Positions 38,695 to 51,323 of a DNA stretch of 64,000 nucleotides are shown here, one piece after another. The stretch covers positions 744,001 through 808,000 of the forward strand of contig CAJFCJ010000011.1 in assembly GCA_904063045.1 (NCBI GenBank). Reading direction: 5' to 3'. Position numbers and translations under genes: made by a program. A model generated the notes under the pieces. That model made no database searches. It was not told the DNA's origin and saw only the letters and a program-made list of their open reading frames with translations. Numbering within the stretch: the first letter of the stretch is position 1; every line of letters starts with the position of its first letter. The DNA is from Dimorphilus gyrociliatus. Lineage: Eukaryota; Animalia; Annelida.

Positions 38695-39273
38695 TTATTC
38701 ATATGTGTATTTCGAAATGTTTTTACCATATAAAGACATTACCTCTTTAATGATATCTTTTTCACCTTCTTTTAAATTTAGAAGGCCATTATATTTACCA
38801 TACATTATTGAGTTTTCACTAAAACTATGTTTTAACCCTAAAACATGACCAATTTCGTGTACTGCCACTAGAAAAAATAAGATACCTTTTTTTTCTTTAT
38901 TTTGCCATTGTTGATTCTCGTTAAAATGTATACGACCATCAGGTGGAAGGAAGGCATGACCGAGAACATAGCCATCAAATCGCTCCCCTCCAAATTTTAT
39001 TTTTATATCGCAAAACCGATCCATTTGGTTTAAAAACCGAAAAGGTGAGAGAGTAGACCAGTATTTAAATGCCTTTTTTATATCAGATTTATAATTTTTC
39101 AAACGAAACTTTTCGGGCTCCTTTAAAATACAGTAATTTAGTGTTGTTTTATTCCATGAAGATAAATTTTCATTTCCGCAAACAAAACCGCATGTAAGGT
39201 TTTGATTTAAACTCAATACAAAAAGAAAAACTTGTAAGAGAAAGTGACATATTAGAAAAAGAAGCCCTAACAT
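38695..39273 (-). CDS. Matrix-metalloproteinase-like (M10) catalytic-domain protein with minimal or absent prodomain (192 aa as one ORF; the C-terminus may be spliced)
   Basis: VAVHEIGHVLGLKHS zinc motif, Met-turn SIMY, W..TTLNY, AFKYWS, GHAFLP, IHFNE. Hydrophobic N-terminus from the ATG at 39273 (the ORF-track start at 39294 is GTG). Confidence 0.8.
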   Translation of the reverse strand: MLGLLFLICHFLLQVFLFVLSLNQNLTCGFVCGNENLSSWNKTTLNYCILKEPEKFRLKNYKSDIKKAFKYWSTLSPFRFLNQMDRFCDIKIKFGGERFDGYVLGHAFLPPDGRIHFNENQQWQNKEKKGILFFLVAVHEIGHVLGLKHSFSENSIMYGKYNGLLNLKEGEKDIIKEVMSLYGKNISKYTYE

Positions 39274-39794
39274 TATTTTAAATGCAATGAACACATAAAA
39301 GGCTGTTTATAACAGTATATTCCATAGGCTTTTATTTTTCTATATTTATATCTTTTTATGTAAAATATCAAACGACATATATTCTCACCATTTTGCAATT
39401 TTCATTCTTTATTAAAAAGAAATTGGTGTGAAAAAGAAGAAAAGTAGTTTTCACTTTTTTTAAATTTTGATTTCTAACTTTATTACTTTTCTTTAAAACT
39501 TTCCATTTAAGAAATTGTATTTACTACTCCAATTGTTTAATTACAACGTTAAAGGAATTAATCGTAAAAAAAGAATTTTTGAGTTAAGTAGTTAACTAAA
39601 AAAGTTGGTTTGTCCTTTTATACGTTTTAAAAAACTAATATAAAATCTGTGTTTACGGCACTGTTGATAGTAATTGTTAAACACTTTTAACCTACTACAG
39701 GTAAAACCCAGCAACATAATTGAAACATTATATGATTGTCTGTACCTCCCTCTAGCTGTGACATCAGTTATATTTCTACTATCGGAAGAAAACA

Positions 39795-40259
39795 ATGCAC
39801 GTAAACATATTTCTTTTAGCAATTTTACCTTCAATTGCAGTAGGTAAGTTTTAATGCTGAAATATTTTATGTAGTATATAATTGTTTTGCTTAATAGGAC
39901 TGTATTGTTGGGACTGCGTGGGTATAGCTGAAAATGGAAAGACCGCAAGTGATTGTTTTACTAATCTGACTTATGAAAGTACCAAAAACTGTTCAACATC
40001 AGCGTGTCATACATACTGGGCGCGGAGTACAATAAACACATATCATATAATAAGAGGATGTGATAAACTTACATTAATGAGAGAAGCAAATGATAGATGT
40101 ACAAAACTAACAGAAATGCGAATGGTAAGATGTTTTGATCAATGCGAGTCTAATAAATGTAATGATCAACCTTTTTCATTTGGGAATGGAGTTCTAATTA
40201 AATGTTTCAACGAAAAATTTCTTTGGTTTCTCGCGATCGTAGGATATATTTGCTCTTGA
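39795..40259 (+). CDS. Ly6/uPAR (three-finger, quiver-like) protein, probably GPI-anchored (136 aa)
   Basis: Exon 39795-39843 encodes the signal peptide MHVNIFLLAILPSIAV; exon 39898-40259 encodes LYCWDC...C...CSTSAC...RGC...C...C...CESNKCN followed by a hydrophobic tail. Confidence 0.75.
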
Positions 40260-40664
40260 CTCCTTTTATCACAGATAATGGCTTCTTTCATTTAATTTAA
40301 TATTTTTTTAATACGGAAAAGAATTTATTTCTAATTAATTACTCATTCCTTTTAAACAATTTTAATGCAATTATTCCCGGAAAGAAGAAAACGATGAAGT
40401 ATAGTAGAAAAAGCATTTTTGTTATTTCTGTTTTTTTTGTTGGTGCATTAAGATTTTCTTATACTTCTTGATACAGCAGCGACATTTGTTATCGACGTCA
40501 AAAAAGGATGAAAAGGTTAAATTTGATGAGAAAGTAAGAAATTCAAGACAAATATCATGTATTTTAAGTATCATTTTCTGCATTAATATTTGAAAACCGT
40601 ATTTGTTTCTAATACAATATACATGTATATGTATTTATATATATTAAGGTGTTATCATAAAGAT

Positions 40665-43600
40665 TTAATTGAATAGAGAATTAACTGAAGCACCCTGAAA
40701 AGTAATAAATGTTTAGTACGAAATAAAGAATTGTATATTTTACAAACCGGTAGGGAATAGACAAAAAGAAGAATGAAAATTAATAGTAATATTATAACAA
40801 TAGCAGTAATGAAATACCACTTGTAACTTTTCCATATTATATGCTTTAAAGATTTCCAAGGTGAAGTAAACCATAAAAATGATGTAGCTGGTCGATTGGG
40901 CTTTTCAAGCTTAGGCCTTTGATTCGGTTCGTCCTGACCACGACCAGCAGGACAATCTTGAAATTCCTTTTCTGATAAGAGTTCTATCTGCATTTCGATT
41001 TTTCCAGACAGTGACTTTTTACCATCTTTTTCATTATATACTGGCCAAAAGCCGGATAAACGCTTTTGCTCGAAAAGTGAAATTCTTTTTTGTTGTTTTT
41101 CTACACTGTATATGCAAGAAAGAATAGTAAAAAAGGTTATTTCTTACGGTAAAATTTACTCATTTTGCGTTTTCAATTGCCCAATATTACATTTACGTTG
41201 TGATTTTGCTGGCTTTATCATGTCATTCAAATTTAGCTCTAGTGTTCCTAAAAAGTCATCGCTACTAAAATTATCATTATCCCAGACCTGAAGAATAAGA
41301 GTTGGGGGAACCATAATTTCTGATTCGTTTAAACTCCAAAAGTGATCTTTCTTTTTAACACACACAAGCTCTTCAGCCGGCATGTAATCGAAAGGAAAAA
41401 CCATTCTCCAGTTGAAGTTTCCTTCTCCGTCCAATGATCGGTAATGAACATCGGTCGATTGCTTATCATCAATATCTTTTATCCATCCTTTGACATAAAT
41501 GTCGCTCATTTTTTCACCAGTTATAGATGTTTCGTCTAATACAACCTCTTTCGTGTTCCAAATTACAACTCTTATTTCAAATCTGTAAAAATACGAATAA
41601 TAAAAATGCCTTCTAAAAACAACTTTCTACTTTTTTGGTTTGCGTGATGTAATGTCTAATGCTGGAGGTACTCCATTATCAAGGGGAAACATATCAACAA
41701 AAAGTTGTAATTTGCCTTGTTCAATACCGGGCTGAAAAAAATTTCGTTAATATCAGTAAATTTTTATACAAATTGTACTTGAAGTGGACAATATAAGGAT
41801 CTGGTTTCAACATGTTCGGGGACGAAAAAAAACTTCTTTTTCTCAGCCAAAAAATGTAGCAAGTGAAGAGCTAATCGTTCTTTAGGTGGTCCTAAATGCT
41901 TATGAAGGATCATAGAATTCTCTGAAATGTTTATAATTTTAACAAAAGCATTAGCTTAAAAAAGTATACCAAAATTTCCTAATTGGAAAGTGCTATGTCC
42001 GATTTCAACTGTTGGATTATCAATCGAATTTGAAAACAAAGGATCATTTAAGCCTGCTGAAATGCAATAGCTTTTAAGTATATCAGTAGGTTTCAGAGAA
42101 TCTCTCCATTGGTTTGGACCAGACCTATAAATATACAATCATTAATGGCATAGAGTATTTTTTAATGAAAAGTATTCACGTGCAGTAGGTCTTAGCGAGA
42201 CCTACAGTTGTCTTGTATTTGCTCAAAAGTCGATTCTCTAAATCAATTGTTGTTTCTCCAATAACGTCGTCATTTGAAACTAAATCAAAATCTTTCACTT
42301 TGATAATAACATCTTTTTCAACTGGTATATTTGCTTTTAATTCAAAAAGACAGCCAAAAGTAGGATTAACAGAATTTGGAATAAAGGAATCTCTGTTATT
42401 GACTTTCTTTTTTCCAATTTTTATGGATATATATGGGTCAGCCTAAAATTAAGAATAATAAAAAAAGGAATTAGAGAATTCAGACCAAACCATTCCATTT
42501 GAGTCTTTAGGTTGAAGATCAAATGCCTTAATTACATAAATTCGTATTAAGTATTCTTTCGGGCTAAAATCGGGAACATTGCTTAGAACTTTCTCTGGTA
42601 TCTCTTCATTTGGATTACTTGGTAATGGATACACAAAAATATTTCCTTTAAATTGCCCAGCTGTACTGCTTTCTTCGTCTAGATTTTTGCCATGTTGCAA
42701 ATTAAAAGTGTCACAATAGTCAGTAAACTTTTCAAACATAGGAACTTTCTCCAATTCGGTAGTATATATTTCAATGGTACTGTAACCTAAATCCAAGTAA
42801 TGTTTTGCTTTTTTCAAGTCACCAAGAGAAGCATAGTACTTCGACCACCAGTCTATATTTTCTTCCCATAAATCGAAATACTGCAAGATAACTATATTTT
42901 TGGAAAGTTTATCAAAAAATAGAGAATGCAGTTGAACCTCGTTTTTGTTCAAAGATTGATCATCATCGGAAGTTTGTTTTTCTTTATGTACATTTAATGA
43001 TGCTATATTTTCTTCAAAGGATGCTGACAGTAATGGTTGCTTTGTAAAGAATATGTTAGATGGTTAAAAAGAAATTTATAATTATATACAAGAAACAGAA
43101 AACAGAAAGTGTCAAAGCATTTTACCTTAGTTCTTTTCTATACAACACAAGACAAAAAATAAAGTATATATATAAAAAATTCTGATTAAATATTTACTTT
43201 TTTTGAATATAGTTTTGGTTGATCAATTGTATCCATAGCAGTGTTAAGTATACCTAGAAAGAAAAAGCTTTTCAGTTTCAATCACAATTTCATAAGGGAT
43301 TAAATGAAAAAGAAAATCTGATTAATGAGAGTAAAGTTTTGAAGAAGACTTCTTTTTTTTTGACTAACCGGTCATACCAACGATAATCGTTTCAGAATCG
43401 TCGGAAACAGCACTTTCTAGAAAATTATTCAATTTCGTTATGTTTTTAAACTAAATATGCTCACCCTCATCATTTATATCAGAAAGGTTTTGATCATTCT
43501 GATACTTTCTTTGATATTTCTCAAAAGAAGAAACCGTATGCATTCCTACTCTTGGCTTTCTTCCAAATTGCCTATTATCTCGAACAATTATATTCAAAGG

Positions 43601-46600
43601 CGGTAGATATAACTCTTCTTTTGGAAGCATCTGAAAAAAGTCTTTTAAGAGCAATTTCTTCAATATATCTCAACATACTATATCGAAAAATATCGTGCAC
43701 TCTTGAAAATTCGGGTTTTTTTTAATATTTTTTATCACTGGTGACTTTTGAACATGTCCACCAATTTCAAATTCAATAGATGGAGAGGTTACGTTTGAAA
43801 ACTGATATTTTTTCATATTTCTCAAACCCAAACATAATATTTCAATACCAGTACGTTGAAGCTCTGGACGAACTTCAGGGGGAACAGTGTAAATGTCGCC
43901 CATTTTTGGTGGAGTACTGGGTAGTATATTTCCATCCATCTGCGAAAGACCCTTTAACTCTATCTATTTTGTATGATATTTGTACCTGTAGTAACTCAAA
44001 GGCAGCCAATAATTCACCCCCATCTTGATTGCCTTTTCTTATGTCGAACCATTGTAAAGACACTGGTTCATAGCTCTCGTCAACTTTTAATTTAACTTGA
44101 GGTGTCGCCATTGATCTACCGAGAAATTCAGGAGACCCCTAAAATATTTCATCAGATGAATACTCTCAGATATAAAAAGTGCATTAAGCTTACTATCAGA
44201 TCATTATCGAAGAATTCTATTGCTATTAAAGGTGGTTTATTATTTATTTGACTTGGATGACCATGAATTATTATGTTGTCAAATATAATTGTTTGATCCC
44301 AAGTTGGGCAAAGAGTTTTCTCCAGTTTTTTAGTTTCATCGGAATAATTCATGAAAGAAACACGAGCAAATGGATCTAAAATTATCGTATGAGAAACGTT
44401 CAGAAAAATTTTTAGTTACCAGAAAGTCCGTTCGAATCACCGGCTGAAAGATTTCTTGCTTGATAAATATAAGCCCGTAGTTGGTATTTTTTAAATTCTG
44501 AAAAGCTTTATGTGATTGTGTTTTACAATAATTTATTGAATACCTTTGCAATTTAAAAACATTCTTGGTGCTGCCAGTTTTTCTTTTGATTTCTTTTCCT
44601 TTAACAATATAAATTTATGATATAAACGTTCGAAAGATTTTTGATAATTCTCACCTCATCGCTTTTAAATGAAAATATGCAGGGTTTATCGTTTTTGGAA
44701 TTTTTGAGTTGTCTGTGCCACCGTCGTCTTCTAACCATGTCTAGCTTCCTTTCTACATGATGAAATTTCATAGTAAACGTAGGTGCATATTCCCATCCTT
44801 CAGAATCTACTTTCGCTTTTTCAGTTTTAGACTGAGTATGTGTTTTACTGAATGCACGAGTTCTCATCCATCTTCGTCTTCTGCATAGATGATACATTTT
44901 TTCCACTGGTCCCCAGCCACCTATAGATATCTCAATGCTGTATTCCCAACCATCATCATCCACTGCTTTGTTTTTGTCTATGCTCCATTGATTTTTCCAT
45001 TCCCAACCGTCAGATAGGACGACATCTTCTTTTCCTTCAGCTTTATCTCCTTTCTAAATTAATGGAAGTAATAAAACATAATTTTAACATAAAAAACTAA
45101 CCACATCGATCCAAGGACTGTTTTGGTCAGGGCTCCATTTACCCCCAATAGTTCTCGATTGTAATTCATAAACTTCTTCAATATAACTTTTGTGGCCAGA
45201 GTCTTTATCATAAAGCATACTTAGCTCTGGACTTATGTACCAGTCACCAACCCATGACCAACCATCAGACACTATAAAATCATCCTTTTTTAGCTTTACT
45301 TTCCCGTTGTTATCAGAAAATGATGGGCGAGTTGAAAATTTTCCAGACCATGTATTCATTATTTTTACTTGATTTTCATAAGTTTCTGCAAAAAGTGATA
45401 TTTCACCGTCTTGATTGTCAGTCCAGGAACTTTCATATCTAGCCAAACCAAACCACAACTTTAACCTAAGTTGAGCTGGTATTTCAAATCGCTTTTCATT
45501 CTCCATTTTCTCACCAGGAAATTTTAAATGAATTGTTTCTAAATTATTACAATATTTTCCTCTATAATCTGGGTTAGGAGAGAAAAATATGTCGTTGGGC
45601 GGAATTCGGCAAAAGGCTTTTCGCTCATTATCTGATATCATCCATATAATAATATCAGGAATACTACTTTGAGGTTCTAAGGCTATATTTTTAAGTTGTT
45701 CAAAATAGTCCTCAAGTTCGCTGATTGCTTGTTCTGGATTATCTGCCGTCTTTCTTAGGGTAATAGCCTGTTCTCTAACATCTGTCAATACTCTCTGTCT
45801 GTGAATTCGTATTTCACGATCCAAGTTGTTTTCTACTGTCTGTCCTTTTATTATGTCTGGTAAGGGCTTTTGACAATCAAGAATAACTCTATCAAGGGTT
45901 ATTATTATCAACTGTGCAAGCTCTTTAAAAAAATAAATTAATACATATTTATAAATGTAATTATAGTATTGTTACCTCTTTCACTTAGTTTAGCTTTAAA
46001 AGCTCTTCTAATCTGTTCGAGGTTTGACTCTAGGTTATGCAATGTCTTAAGAATGGAATTAAGGCTTTCCAATCGGAAAGAAATATCTTCCCAATGACAG
46101 TCTACGGAAACACATGGTTTTGTACTACTCCAAGGAAGAAAGTGGTAATAAGATCCATCAAAAACAGGATTTGTTATTTGTGTTGTTGATGCACTTGGTG
46201 GTACAGTTTCATCTAATTTGTTTCCGTAATTTCCTATTGAAACTTCGAATTCCACTGGAGCATCATCGATATATATCAGGGAAGCATTATAAAATATGGC
46301 ATTGAGCTTAAACTTCCGACGAGCCATAAATTTTTCAACATTGTACAAGCTCTCTTGGGAAATTTCTTGCGATGGAACGTCTGGACTCTCTTCAATTGCC
46401 ATTTTTAACTCAAGAAGAGCTCTCCCTCTAAAGCAGACTCCTTCGCCCTTTAAAAAAAGTCAGAGATAAAATGTACGGCTAATAATATTTACAATTTAAT
46501 ATTATGTAGTACTTTTCCATCGTTCATGTAATCATATTTATTTCCAAGACAACTGAATTCTCTAGGTGATCCATAAAAATTAACAAATGAAGGCCCAAAC

Positions 46601-49600
46601 GTTGGCAGAAAACCTATATAACATTTTTTCTTTATTATTTGAGAATTTTATTTAAATTGAAGCAACAGCATTATTTTTAGAAAATTAAATGTCAAAATAT
46701 ATACACCCAATCTGTTAATTATCTACAACTACTTCTTGTTATATGCGTGCTGAAAATAATATATATGGTCACTCTTCTAGTTTAAGTGAATATATAAAAC
46801 AAGCGGGCTTGCAAGTTAGAAGATAAAAATGAAAATCTCTCTTGACAGGTTTGTATATTTTTTCTGTTTTCAAATACATTTTAGTAGCTTTTACCTTCTA
46901 TTCCTGGCAATATATTAATATATTATAAAACCAGACATTCAGTTCAAAATTTTTTAATCGAAATTAAATGTCAATCTACAACAAATATTCACCGATATCA
47001 CCAGGAGAAGAAATATGTGAAAGTTGAATGAAAGCAGTTCCAACATAATCATCTTCTGTAAGCGCATCCCTGTTAGTAGGTTAGTAAAAAACATGAAATG
47101 AATAAGTAGGTGTAAATTATCTAATTTCAGATTTTGAAAATGTTAATTGACTAAGACAGGCTCGTCTGGTGCAATAATATTGAGAATTAATTAAAACCAA
47201 AAAAAATTTCCCCTATTCAGCATAGCGTTCAGATAATTATGCTAAATTCACAAACCATAAAGATCTCCCAGCTTTGAAATATCTGATAATCTTAGGAATG
47301 TTGTACAAATTGTGTCTTCGTCAGATAGACGATCCCTAAAATAGAGAAATCGCAGAAAACACTTTGTAAAAGTTTACTTACCAGTCTCTAATTTGCAGTC
47401 GTATCCTTTCACACATCGACGGAAACTATAGAAAAAACTCACTAAAAATTAATTATGAAGGTATATAATGTCACCCTTAATCCTAAGTTAAGCTCCTCAT
47501 TAAATTCAGGGTTGTCATTTTTTTGAATAATTTGTGACCTAACTTCTGATCCGGCAAAAGAAAAAACAAAATATGGATCGACTCTACCTCCTTTTTTTTG
47601 TTTTGAGCCAAAAAATTTCTTTACGTCTCCAACCAAATCACAATCCACTGAAAAAAGACACTTATGTTTTACTTGAAAAGAATAATGTTTGGTTTATTAC
47701 TTATTGGTAAATCTTCGCATCGGTATAAATTTAAGGTAAACTTTGCCGGTCGCAAATGCACTCCAGACGGTTTTAATAAATTTGACTCAATATCTTCTTC
47801 ATCATTATTTAGATCAAAATTTGGTGCAGTATCACCTGGTCCAAGAACAGTTGCACAAATTTTAATATAACCGCTGGCCCCTGAATTTAGATCTTCAGGG
47901 TTGCTAAGAAGTAACCATTTATTTATAAGAGAGTGATCTTGGGCTTCATAAATCATTCCTATGTCACACTGAAATTGATAACAGTAATGCTAGCTGAGAA
48001 ATAAGCTGTATGTACTTCTCAAATACTTACCTTAAAGTTTCCGATAAGAGAGTCTGATCGTAACTTTTTAGAATGAAAAACTTGGAAGTCTAATATTTCA
48101 TCGAACAACTCTCCGGGCGAACAAAAGAAATTGAAAAAAAATACTTCATTCCAAAATGGTGAGTTTGTAGACTTCTTTATTCTTGTTTGTTTCGTTTGTT
48201 GAAAACAGGTAATTCTGGTTACTGGGTCAATGTTTCCTCCTTGTAGTTGACGTCCTTCAATAATTTTAATCCGAATCTTAAATGCAATTTAGATAAAATT
48301 AGTTATAAAAATAATAATATTCTAAGAACATTGACATTTTGCCAAGAGCCAAGAAATAAAGCTTTTAGCACTAACAATTCTTTAAAATATATTATGATCA
48401 ACCATAAACGAAAAGATTTTTTATTATCTATAAACGTGTCTCTTCTATTTCCTTCAAGACATCAATCACCATAGAAAAAGATGAAACAAGCTATTAAAAA
48501 TTTTTGGTATTAGATTTTGATCACACAAGCAAAGTATTGTTCAAAATCAATTATTATATTTAGCTGGGCATACTAGAAATATACAATTGATCATATAATT
48601 TCAAATAAAGAAATTCTCAACCTGAAAGTCTTGAGATTTATTTGACAAGCGGCCTCGAATTTTTCTACTTTTTGGTTTTTTTCTTTTGGTGATACTATTA
48701 TTCATATCAGCTCGTGAGTCGTATTCGATTGTGTCATTTTCATCTGCCAGTTCATTATCTTCCTCTGAAGAAACATTTATTGTAAATATTACATATACTC
48801 AGACAATAAAGGTACATATTAGTAAAGTAGTTATAACTCAGAAAGCGCTTAGAGTGCTTTGATAGCTAATTACCTTGTCTAGAGTCAACAACGTCGCCTG
48901 TTTCATTATTTTCAATATTCTTCTCAGCTGATATTGGCGCTTCATAAAGTATTTGAATTGATACCGAGCACTAAAAATAACCTTATTATTTAAACTGTAA
49001 ATTCAAACAACAATAGCTACATCTGTTTTTCTGTTTTTTTTATCCATCATTAACAAATTTCTTTCAAGTTTCGGATTCTGCATCAAAGCATTCACTGCCA
49101 ACTTTGTTTGGCAAACTAATCTACAATATGAAAATGTTTGAGCTTAATTATCAATTGTGAAAGTCTTTGCTAGCATGTACAATTAAATTCGTCTTTATAA
49201 TACTTGTAATATATAGAGAAGGGATAAGAAATGTAGTTAGTCTCAAATATAACATAATAAATTATTATGCATATATGTAAATAAATATTTTTCTAGACCT
49301 CAAAAATATACAAAATTTGTGGCAGGTTAACCTAAATTGATCAAAATAGCCTATTTGGGAACACCCTAATAAGTACACTTTGCAAATAGTATTTGTACAA
49401 GCACCAGTCCGTCTGTAACAAGGCCTATAGAATTTCGACTCACGCGAGCAAAAATTTCATAGGATTAAATAAACTACTGAAATTTTATCCTGAAGTTAAA
49501 TAAGTAATAATTCGAAAGACTAGACCTATTTCTGCCAATCTTTTCATGATCCATTAATTTTATCGTAATGTTTTCATTGCTTTTCAGCGGACCTGGTACA

Positions 49601-49899
49601 ACTTCAAGGCGAACATTCTGTAATCAAAGTTAAATTCTAAACTACGTTCATTTCGTGCGCTCTTCCTCAAAAAAGAAGTGCCCTTATAATTACCTCATTC
49701 CAAACAGGGTTTAAATCATTTTCTTTCACTGATGTTTTATCTTTACAGCCTGAAATATATCACAATATCATTTTGAAATATGTTTGTGGTCGAAAATATG
49801 ATAACCTCTAAATTCGCAGACAACAAATGGATCTGTTTTCCCCAATGTCTCTATATCGGGAACGTTTGTCGCACTGATGATTTTAATCAAGAGAGCCAT
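40665..49899 (-). CDS. Type-1 ferlin (myoferlin/dysferlin-like): multiple C2 domains, FerI/FerA/FerB, DysF, C-terminal TM helix
   Basis: ATG at 49899 ([15 protein letters not shown]...KTDPF). C2[10 protein letters not shown]; [10 protein letters not shown]; GFLPTFGP; DysF GWEY...RRRRW; IDWWSKY; [17 protein letters not shown]; [17 protein letters not shown]; [12 protein letters not shown] plus TM; last exon GASVNSLFN* (40694-40665). Confidence 0.93.
46993..47335 (-). other. Pair of homologous, mutually exclusive ferlin C2C exons: A 47335-47256 (80 nt) and B 47069-46993 (77 nt)
   Basis: A encodes (W)[26 protein letters not shown](G); B encodes (W)[25 protein letters not shown](G). Both are phase 2 in and phase 1 out with canonical AG/GT, so joining both shifts the frame. 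Confidence 0.85.
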
Positions 49900-51323
49900 T
49901 CTTGAAACTTGACTAAATGATAAAAATTTAGATTTTCAGATAAAAAGTACTCTCCAGGAAAGCTAGTTGACCTGTGAGGCCGATACACACTATAGTCAAG
50001 TATTTTTTTCTCTAGATGGCGCAAAATAGTGTTAGATTACGAGATGCAGTGCTATATTTTTCTCATCAACATTCAATAGGCCTTAAATATATGTCTGCGC
50101 AAACTCTGAAAACAGCTTTAATACATATTGGAAAGAAATCTGGTTCAAACTTCTAAAACCGTACTATGAAATATTATAACTGTTGAATATTAATGTGGAT
50201 AGCACATCATACATCACACTTTGATATTTGACTGAAACAAAATATCATCAAGTGGTATATCATTCTTATGCCTGCTTTTTAAACGTCAAACACACAACAT
50301 ATCAACAACTTTCCTGACATTTTGAATTTCTATCAAATAATAAAATTCACAATGAGCTGGTTACAAGATATTTTCAAATAAACAACTCAGTATATATACT
50401 TTTATTAATTATATAGCTTATCTAACTAATATCTTATAAATATTAAAAAACACTTTTTAATGAAAACTATAAGCGGAAATGATAAGATTGCTACCAATAA
50501 TGGAGACTTTCTTTAGTCCTAACTTATTCAAGAGTATGAAAATATTTAATATTTACTCTACACATGTATTTAGAAAATCTTGAATAGTGTGAGCTTAATT
50601 CTACTAATTATTTGCATTTTTATAATGACCTGTTCTTAGCTAACCTTTGTTCGTTACTATTGAAGAAGTTAATTTTCATATTATCATGAAAAATTTCAAT
50701 ACAGTTTGACAAAAATTAAGAAAAGAACAATACTGTCTGCTTTTTGTTCATACAAAAAATTCCCCGCGAAACGGAAGTGACGCGAGCATAAACTATGGCT
50801 AAAATTTAAAGAAAAACGTAATAAGATAATTAAGTTTAATCCAAGCAAAATATATGAAACTTCAATAATAAATTTATTTTTAGAAAGAATGGTTAGACAT
50901 TAAATATATTTTATTAAATATCTGACAGTAGAAGTAGAATTAAGAGTCTACTTGGAAATATGATAAATTTAAATTACTATTGATATAATAATAACTTTTA
51001 TTTATGATCTTATTAAATAGAGAAGAAATAAAAAATGATTTGACACAAGTTTAAAATATGTATGTTTCAGCAATATTTTTCGGTGTGGGATTTAGAAAAT
51101 CCTTTTTACGAGAATTATTTCTATTAATTTTTTTAACTGATTGTTTTATTTTAGCATTTTATGTATAGCTGCTAAATCAAAAAAATAGCTTTTTTTGACA
51201 TTATGTTGACCTTGACAATGACGTCAATGGTGGAATTACCTCAAAAGCTCAATTTCCATAAAAGGTATTGAATCACTAGATCTAATTTCGTAATGTCAAA
51301 AAAAAGTGTTTGCAAAATTTGCA

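Noticed and set aside
39592-39948. 118-aa minus-strand ORF upstream of the MMP, considered as a prodomain exon
   Set aside because: No PRCG or prodomain helix similarity; overlaps the Ly6 gene's first exon on the other strand.
48280-48620. Long ferlin intron before C2B, checked for an alternative exon or internal start
   Set aside because: Candidate acceptors lead to stops or lack an in-phase donor; nothing supportable.
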